Positions 58,294 through 64,000 of a stretch of DNA of 64,000 nucleotides are shown piece after piece (position 1 is the stretch's first letter; each line of letters opens with the position of its first letter). This stretch comes from Candidatus Nanohalarchaeota archaeon. GTDB lineage: Archaea; Nanohalarchaeota; Nanosalinia; Nanosalinales; JAFCCC01. The notes under the pieces are model-generated. The model was given only the letters and a program-made list of their open reading frames with translations. It ran no database searches and was not told the DNA's origin. The stretch covers positions 64,001 through 128,000 of the forward strand of contig JAFCCC010000002.1 of the NCBI GenBank assembly GCA_017610385.1, in the 5' to 3' direction. The position numbers and the translations under genes were made by a program.

Positions 58294-58325
58294 TTTTCGC
58301 TTAAACCTTTTACTGAAAAGGTTTA
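58294..58325. repeat. 32-bp palindromic (REP-like) element, copy 2
   Basis: ttttcgcttaaaccttttactgaaaaggttta. Confidence 0.75.
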
Positions 58326-58411
58326 GAATAAGAAGGAATATTAATCTTTCTTTATTGCTTTTTTCGTGTTTTATACAAATTTATAATAACTCTATTAGCC
58401 AATTTTTGAGT

Positions 58412-59773
58412 ATGCCGTTTGAAGAAACTAAAAAGTTGGAAGGTCATGAAGAACAGGTTTTCATAAAAAGAATTTTAGTTTCATTATCTCTTGCAGTTGT
58501 TTCTTGGGTTTTAACTCCGGGTCTGATTTATGAACAAAGAATTGTTCTTTGTATAACTGTCTTAAGCGTATTATTGTGGGCGACTGCGGCTATTCCGTTA
58601 TATATCACATCTTTGCTTTTGCCGATCTGGTTAACGTTATTTGGACTTTATTTGCCAATTAAAATTTTGCCTTTGTTTTTTGATCCAGTAATTGTTCTTT
58701 TATTGGGTGGATTATTAATTGCAAGAGCGATGCATAATCTAAAATTAGATGAGAAAATTGCTATAACATTGGTTTCTTTGGCTACGAATACAAAAAATAT
58801 TGTGATATTTTTGATGATTACAACAGCTTTTCTTTCAATGTGGATGTCCAATACAGCTACAACCGCATTAATGCTTCCTATAGGAATAGTTCTTTTGAAG
58901 AAATTAAAATTGGAAACCAAAATTTATGCGAAAGTTGTGGTGTTGGGTATTGCGTTTGCAGCGAATATTGGAGGAATTGCTACCTTAGTTGGCTCTCCGC
59001 CGAACGCATTAACTGCTGGCTTTTTAAAAGAATTAACTGGGAATGTAATTACTTTTGGAGGGTGGATGATGTATGCCTTGCCTCTAACTATATTATTATT
59101 ACCTATTTGTTGGAATTTATTGTGGTATTGGTTTAAACCAGAATTTAAAGAAGTACAAATTAAAAAAGAAAAATTTAAAATAGGAGGGAAAGAAAGAATT
59201 TTTAGTTTAATTTTCTTCTTGACAATTGTGGCTTGGTTAACTACTCCACTTCATGGAGTTTCTAGTTCAATTATTGCTTTAGGATCTGCTATTATACTTT
59301 TACTTCTTAGATTCATTAAAAAAGAAGATTTAAGTAAGATTAGCTGGTCCACCTTGTTTTTGGTGGGTGGAGGGCTAATTCTTGGCCACGCCATTGTTGA
59401 ATCCGGATTATCAAAAAGTTTTATTCAGTTATTAGGTAATAGTTTACTTACTCAACCATTATGGATTATAGCTTATGGCTTAATTGCAGTTGCAATGTTC
59501 TGGGGGGTTTTTATTTCTAATACTGCTGCGGCTGCGTTAATTGTTCCTTTAATTATCCCACTATCTGCACTTTTGGGAGTTAATCCTATAATTTACGCTG
59601 TATCAGTAGGGATCGCTGTCTCATTAACTTTTATTTTTCCAATAGATACGCCTCCATTGGCCCTGGCTTATGCTACGGGGTATATAAAAATTAAAGATAT
59701 GCTGAAAGTTGGATTAGTTATGACTTTGATTTCTTTAATTTTGGTTGGGTTGTTTGCTTTATTTATTTGGTGA
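58412..59773 (+). CDS. SLC13/DASS family anion:Na+ symporter
   Basis: SMWMSNTAT, ANIGGIATLVGSPPNA, FISNTAAA, DTPP.ALAY; likely start MPFEE at 58412. Confidence 0.93.
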   Translation: MPFEETKKLEGHEEQVFIKRILVSLSLAVVSWVLTPGLIYEQRIVLCITVLSVLLWATAAIPLYITSLLLPIWLTLFGLYLPIKILPLFFDPVIVLLLGGLLIARAMHNLKLDEKIAITLVSLATNTKNIVIFLMITTAFLSMWMSNTATTALMLPIGIVLLKKLKLETKIYAKVVVLGIAFAANIGGIATLVGSPPNALTAGFLKELTGNVITFGGWMMYALPLTILLLPICWNLLWYWFKPEFKEVQIKKEKFKIGGKERIFSLIFFLTIVAWLTTPLHGVSSSIIALGSAIILLLLRFIKKEDLSKISWSTLFLVGGGLILGHAIVESGLSKSFIQLLGNSLLTQPLWIIAYGLIAVAMFWGVFISNTAAAALIVPLIIPLSALLGVNPIIYAVSVGIAVSLTFIFPIDTPPLALAYATGYIKIKDMLKVGLVMTLISLILVGLFALFIW

Positions 59774-59850
59774 GGTCCGAGTACTCGGATATCTTGATTT
59801 TATTGGCTTTTAGAAATATTTATAAGAATACTACCACTTATAAATAATAA

Positions 59851-60576
59851 ATGCCAGAAAATACGGTAGATGATGTATGGAATGCCTTTAAGGTTGATGA
59901 CGTATGGAATGCCTTTAAGGTTGATCTTTCTAGAAGAGATTGTCCAGTAGGTTTAACTCCGAAGAAATTCGAAGGTGGAGAATTAATCTATGGTCCAGAA
60001 GATGCAGATCAAATTCTATATCTTATTTCAGGGTATGCAAAAGGAATAAAATATGGTGGGAGGGTTCTTATCGTGGATATTTTTGGTCCTGCCACAATTA
60101 TCGGCGAATTAAGAATACCAGAAGCTCATGAAGAAATAGAATATCAGACATTAATCAGAGGAACATATGAATCTGCATCTTTAACAGATTTTAAAATATT
60201 TTTAGCAAATAATCCAGAATATGTTTTTCCATTATTGGTAAACAATTTAAGAAATTCTAATAACTTTATTAATAAAATATCTCATTTCGACATGGAGCAA
60301 ACTTCAAAAAGGATTTCTTACATTTTAGGTGAATTAATGGATTGTTTTGGAGAACAAACAGATAGAGGTACAATACTTCCGTTTCCAGTAACACATGAAG
60401 AAATAGGTCAATTAATAGGGCGTGCTAGAGAAAATGTTACTCTAGAATTAAATAGATTAACCGAATATGGAATTGTAGACATAAAGAGGAGAGATATTGC
60501 AGTTATAGACCTTGAAAAATTGAAAAGTTGGCCAAATTTGTCTAAATCAAAATTTAAAGAAACCTATCAATCCTAA
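59851..60576 (+). CDS. Crp/Fnr family transcriptional regulator
   Basis: cNMP-binding-like beta roll (LYLISG, IIGE) and HTH VTHEEIGQLIGRARENVT..LNRL...GIV. Confidence 0.85.
   Translation: MPENTVDDVWNAFKVDDVWNAFKVDLSRRDCPVGLTPKKFEGGELIYGPEDADQILYLISGYAKGIKYGGRVLIVDIFGPATIIGELRIPEAHEEIEYQTLIRGTYESASLTDFKIFLANNPEYVFPLLVNNLRNSNNFINKISHFDMEQTSKRISYILGELMDCFGEQTDRGTILPFPVTHEEIGQLIGRARENVTLELNRLTEYGIVDIKRRDIAVIDLEKLKSWPNLSKSKFKETYQS
59866..59925 (+). repeat. In-frame 27-bp tandem duplication (VDDVWNAFK x2)
   Basis: gtagatgatgtatggaatgcctttaag / gttgatgacgtatggaatgcctttaag. Confidence 0.9.
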
Positions 60577-60717
60577 AATTAATGTAAGTAACCCTATTGC
60601 CAACAATAGATGACCAAGCCAATCATCTTTAACGTGTTTGTTTGTTAGAAGTGTATGTGCGTATTTTACTATTCCTAAAAAAATAGGTATTGCAGTCAAC
60701 AGAATTCTTGCATCCAT
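60547..60717 (-). CDS. Small two-TM protein, 56 aa (absent from the ORF track)
   Basis: Manual translation MDARILLTAIPIFLGIVKYAHTLLTNKHVKDDWLGHLLLAIGLLTLILGLIGFFKF*; tttaaa TATA-like upstream. Confidence 0.55.
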   Translation of the reverse strand: MDARILLTAIPIFLGIVKYAHTLLTNKHVKDDWLGHLLLAIGLLTLILGLIGFFKF

Positions 60718-60803
60718 GGTAAAAAGTTAACTTCTGTTGTTTAAATAATTTAATAAAATAAAAAAAGGAAAAGAGATGATTTGATTATTTTGTTCCTCTA
60801 ATC

Positions 60804-61001
60804 TTAATCTTTTGTTTCTATGATCTTAATTGCACCAACAGGACATGCTGCTTCAGCATCTTTGTTGCATCCAACAACATCTAGATTTATCTCTATTGGA
60901 TTTGACTTTCCTTCTGAGGTCATTTCCCAATTATTTGGACAAATTGCAGCACAAGAACCACAACCAATACATGCTACTTTGTCGTGTTTTATTACAAACA
61001 T
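60804..61001 (-). CDS. Single-cluster ferredoxin
   Basis: CIGCGSCAAICP...AEAACPVGAI; GAAGGTGA SD. Confidence 0.93.
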   Translation of the reverse strand: MFVIKHDKVACIGCGSCAAICPNNWEMTSEGKSNPIEINLDVVGCNKDAEAACPVGAIKIIETKD

Positions 61002-61036
61002 AATTTCACCTTCTTCTAGTATGGAGTTGCGCGCTA

Positions 61037-61336
61037 TTAATAGTTTGTGGGTCTGGGCAAATAATCAGAGTCTAATTTCATCATAAGTTCGTCGTATATT
61101 CCTTGTACGGGATTTCTGAACTTGGAACCGTGTTGCTCAAGAAATTGCGTGGCCAATACTCCACAAAGATATGGTTGCGCAAAACCAATAACACCTAAGG
61201 CTGCAGCAGAAAACAACATTGATTCAGAAGAAAGTACATGGGTTGTTATCTCAAACGAAGTATCTGAAACTGCACCCAGTACATTCTTAATAATATCTAA
61301 AACAACCATTTGAATCACTAAATTCCCCAGAACCAA
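61037..61336 (-). CDS. Hypothetical protein
   Basis: 99-aa ORF with one hydrophobic segment; start uncertain. Confidence 0.45.
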   Translation of the reverse strand: MVLGNLVIQMVVLDIIKNVLGAVSDTSFEITTHVLSSESMLFSAAALGVIGFAQPYLCGVLATQFLEQHGSKFRNPVQGIYDELMMKLDSDYLPRPTNY

Positions 61337-61473
61337 CCCATTAGAATATAGTATTAGATAGAATATAAAGATTCTATAAAGAAATCCTAAGGTATAAAAA
61401 TTCTATAGAATAGTGCTGAAGCAACAGATTGACAGTAATAAAAGTAATATACTCAGAGATTTAATTTAGCTTT

Positions 61474-62211
61474 ATGCAAAAAAAACCGTCATTAGGCTTT
61501 TTCTCATTCACCGGTTGCTCTGGATGTGAATTTACTGTTTTGTTTATTGATGGCATATTAGATATTCTAGATAAATTTAATATAGAATATTTTCATTTGC
61601 TGAAAGAGAAAAATAGAGAAGCGCAATATGATTTGGCATTTGTTGAGGGTGCAATAACAACTAAAAGAGAGATTGAAAAACTAAAACGAATTAGAAAACA
61701 AAGCAAATTTTTAGTTGCAATGGGTGCCTGCGCTACTCACGGAGGAATTCCGATTCAACGAAATTTTATTGAAAAAAAAGAATTACAAAAATATGTTTAC
61801 AATCAAAAAATGTTGAAAGATTCTATTGATGTTGCGCCGATAGACAAATTCATCAAAGTGGATCATTATTTATATGGATGTCCAATCATTAAATCAGAAT
61901 TTATTGAGTTTATTGAGGCATATTTGAAAGGTAAGAAAAAAGAACAGTTTAAAGGGCCAGTTTGCATGGAATGTCCTAGAAGAGGTAAAGACTGTTTCTT
62001 GAACCAAGGGATAGAATGTCTTGGATCTATCACGCAAGGAGGTTGTAAGGCGCTTTGTACATCTCAAAATGTTCCTTGTACTATGTGTAGAGGACCTTTA
62101 GAATCTGCAAATTTCCCTGTTGAAATTAAGCTTTTAGAATCTTTTGGGCTGAGTAAAAAAGAAATATTAAATAAATTAAGATATTTTACAGATAAGGTGA
62201 AAAGCAAATGA
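61474..62211 (+). CDS. [NiFe] hydrogenase small (delta) subunit, group 3b-like
   Basis: TGCSGC, VEGAI, AMGACATHGG, GCP, PVC.EC, CLG.IT..GC.A.C, C.MCRGP. Confidence 0.9.
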   Translation: MQKKPSLGFFSFTGCSGCEFTVLFIDGILDILDKFNIEYFHLLKEKNREAQYDLAFVEGAITTKREIEKLKRIRKQSKFLVAMGACATHGGIPIQRNFIEKKELQKYVYNQKMLKDSIDVAPIDKFIKVDHYLYGCPIIKSEFIEFIEAYLKGKKKEQFKGPVCMECPRRGKDCFLNQGIECLGSITQGGCKALCTSQNVPCTMCRGPLESANFPVEIKLLESFGLSKKEILNKLRYFTDKVKSK

Positions 62212-63482
62212 AAAACATTAAATTAGATCACGTAACGAAAATAGAAGGACACGCGAAATTACATGTTATCATTGATAAAGGAAAAGTAAAAAAAGCGGAT
62301 TTACAAGTATTTGAAGGTTCTCGTTTTTTTGAGGGCATTTTAAAAGGAAAGAGATATGATGATTTAAGTCCTATTTCTTCTAGAATTTGCGGGGTTTGTT
62401 CTGTTGTTCATGCAATAACTGCATTAGAGTCTGTTGAAAAAGCAATGGGGGTTAAAGTATCTAAACAGACTAGAAAATTAAGACAAGTAATGAATATTGC
62501 AGGGACACTTCAAAGTCATACGCTTCATTTATATTTCATGGTTTTGCCAGATTATTTTGGTTTTTCAAATGCGTTAAAACTAGCTGCAGAGAATAAAGAG
62601 TTAATTGTAAGAGCACTAGATTTGAAGCGGTTTGGAAATAGAATTGTAAGAGCAATAGGGGCTAGAGATGTTCATCCGTTCACGTTCGTGGTTGGAGGGA
62701 TTTCTAGATCTCCAGAGCAAGAAGAATTGGATTCTATTTTACAGGAATGCAAAAAATTAATTCCTGCAGGTAAAAAAACAATGGAACTTTTTGCTAAAAT
62801 TAAAGTTCCAGATTTTGAATTAAAAAGAAATTATTATGCACTAACAGGCGGCAATTATTTTTGTGGCGGAGATAAAATAACTTGTTATTCTAATGAAGAG
62901 ATTTCAACTCAGAAATATGAAAATCATGTTTCAGAATATTTTCAAGAAGGAAGTACCTCGGAATTTGTAATGGATAAAAAAGGAAACAGTTACATGGTCG
63001 GAGCGATGGCTAGAATACTAATTAAAGGAAATCTGCTTTCTGAAGAATCAAGAAAATATCAGAAGATTATTGAAAAAAATAAATTTAATCCTTTTTATAA
63101 TAATTTAGCTCAGGCTATTGAAATTTTTGAATGTTTGAAACAGATTGAGAAAATTTTGACAAATTTTAAAGTTAAAAAGGAGTTACCTATTAAATTTAAA
63201 GAGAAAGCGGGGAATGGTATTGGCGCATTCGAAGCGCCCAGAGGTATTTTATTCCATAGATACACCATTGATAAAAACGGATTTTGCACTAGTGCAAATA
63301 TAACTACTCCAACTTCCCAAAGCTTACAAAATTTACAAGAAAATATCAGAAATTTCTTACCTAAAATTGTAAATCAAAGTGAAGAAAAAATAAAATTGAT
63401 GGTAGAAGAACTAATAAGAGCGTATGATCCATGCATATCTTGTTCTACACATTTTTTAGAATTAAAATTAGAAAGAAAGTGA
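62208..63482 (+). CDS. [NiFe] hydrogenase large (alpha) subunit, group 3b-like
   Basis: TKIEGH, RFFE, L1 RICGVC, EAPRG, L2 RAYDPCISCSTH plus cleavable tail. Confidence 0.93.
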   Translation: MKNIKLDHVTKIEGHAKLHVIIDKGKVKKADLQVFEGSRFFEGILKGKRYDDLSPISSRICGVCSVVHAITALESVEKAMGVKVSKQTRKLRQVMNIAGTLQSHTLHLYFMVLPDYFGFSNALKLAAENKELIVRALDLKRFGNRIVRAIGARDVHPFTFVVGGISRSPEQEELDSILQECKKLIPAGKKTMELFAKIKVPDFELKRNYYALTGGNYFCGGDKITCYSNEEISTQKYENHVSEYFQEGSTSEFVMDKKGNSYMVGAMARILIKGNLLSEESRKYQKIIEKNKFNPFYNNLAQAIEIFECLKQIEKILTNFKVKKELPIKFKEKAGNGIGAFEAPRGILFHRYTIDKNGFCTSANITTPTSQSLQNLQENIRNFLPKIVNQSEEKIKLMVEELIRAYDPCISCSTHFLELKLERK

Positions 63483-63487
63483 GAGCG

Positions 63488-63859
63488 TCATTCTACCGAA
63501 CAGTCTTGTAATAGTTCTAGTACGTCTGATTTAATCTTAGAAATATTGCCTTTTTGAGGAACCCCAATAATTCTTATTTTGTCAATGTTGCCCATATCTT
63601 TTAACAGGTTTAGGAAAAAGGCCACATCTAAGTCATGCGTCGTAATAGAACTTACTTGCTCAAATTCTTCTAGACTGTTAAATAATTTTACTTTATGTAA
63701 ATTTTTGACAACATCTACAATAACAAACTCTTCTCGAAATTCGATTTGTTCGAGTGTGTTAACTTGATTAAATTCAAAGGAACCTTTCAGAGATTTCATT
63801 ACTCTTAAAGCTAAATTATCTTCTTTGAGAAATCCATTTCCTAAAACATATATTTTCAT
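63488..63859 (-). CDS. Hydrogenase maturation protease-like protein (HyaD/HycI-like, reduced)
   Basis: VLGNGFLKEDNLA, VIVDVV, TTHDLD, IIGVP. Confidence 0.75.
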   Translation of the reverse strand: MKIYVLGNGFLKEDNLALRVMKSLKGSFEFNQVNTLEQIEFREEFVIVDVVKNLHKVKLFNSLEEFEQVSSITTHDLDVAFFLNLLKDMGNIDKIRIIGVPQKGNISKIKSDVLELLQDCSVE

Positions 63860-63888
63860 TATATTCACTTAGTCACTTTTCACCGTAC

Positions 63889-63999
63889 TCACTCAGTTAC
63901 AAATGTGCTTTTTATTCTTCCAATTTTATAAGCACCAATTAAGATTAAAAAGGATCCCAAAAGAGGTACTATTCCAAGAGGTTCTTTGAAAATCAAAAT
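63889..63999 (-). CDS. 3' end of a probable EamA/DMT transporter; runs off the right edge
   Basis: ILIFKEPLGIVPLLGSFLILIGAYK...TE* resembles an EamA terminus. Confidence 0.5.
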   Translation of the reverse strand: MLIFKEPLGIVPLLGSFLILIGAYKIGRIKSTFVTE

Positions 64000-64000
64000 T

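Noticed and set aside
61429-61453. TTGACA...TATACT bacterial sigma70-like promoter before the hydrogenase
   Set aside because: Spacing is about 13 bp and the host transcription system is archaeal.
45-63767. Short overlapping ORFs in the track (e.g. 45..299, 9269..9538, 17581..17937, 26731..27186, 28654..29127, 33693..34121, 53797..54105, 60820..61086)
   Set aside because: They are antisense or out-of-frame shadows of better-supported genes and have no recognisable motifs.

Overview
AT-rich archaeal chromosomal window, most likely from a DPANN lineage (inferred from the archaeal informational genes and the many Lys-rich hypothetical proteins). Housekeeping genes include nop5, rps17e, histone, tfb, trm1, thiI, aMBF1, ABCE1, thyX-like, PINA-type PIN-ATPase, grpE-dnaK-dnaJ and tRNA-Leu(GAG). 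A fermentative module is present (aminotransferase, iorAB, ferredoxin, a two-gene group-3b-like [NiFe] hydrogenase, hypA, mrp), along with four toxin-antitoxin pairs and several large secreted proteins. The main candidates for undescribed biology are: (1) a divergent six-gene cluster at 28.5-35.0 kb with three disordered paralogues sharing a QNxxIIxLLxEI coiled-coil motif, a large helical protein, a metal-dependent TIM barrel and a Pol-beta nucleotidyltransferase; (2) a surface cluster at 35.0-41.6 kb in which a vWA protein and a Cys-rich protein share an unrecognised Cys-rich C-terminal domain ending ENPxPxxYFI, next to a membrane-anchored partner; (3) an integrase-less attC cassette array (CALIN-like) beside tRNA-Leu; (4) a HEPN-MNT module flanked by a duplicated tfb 3' end with only synonymous differences; (5) a decayed transposase/HEPN island at 4.7-7.2 kb. 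All calls come from reading motifs by eye; no searches were run.
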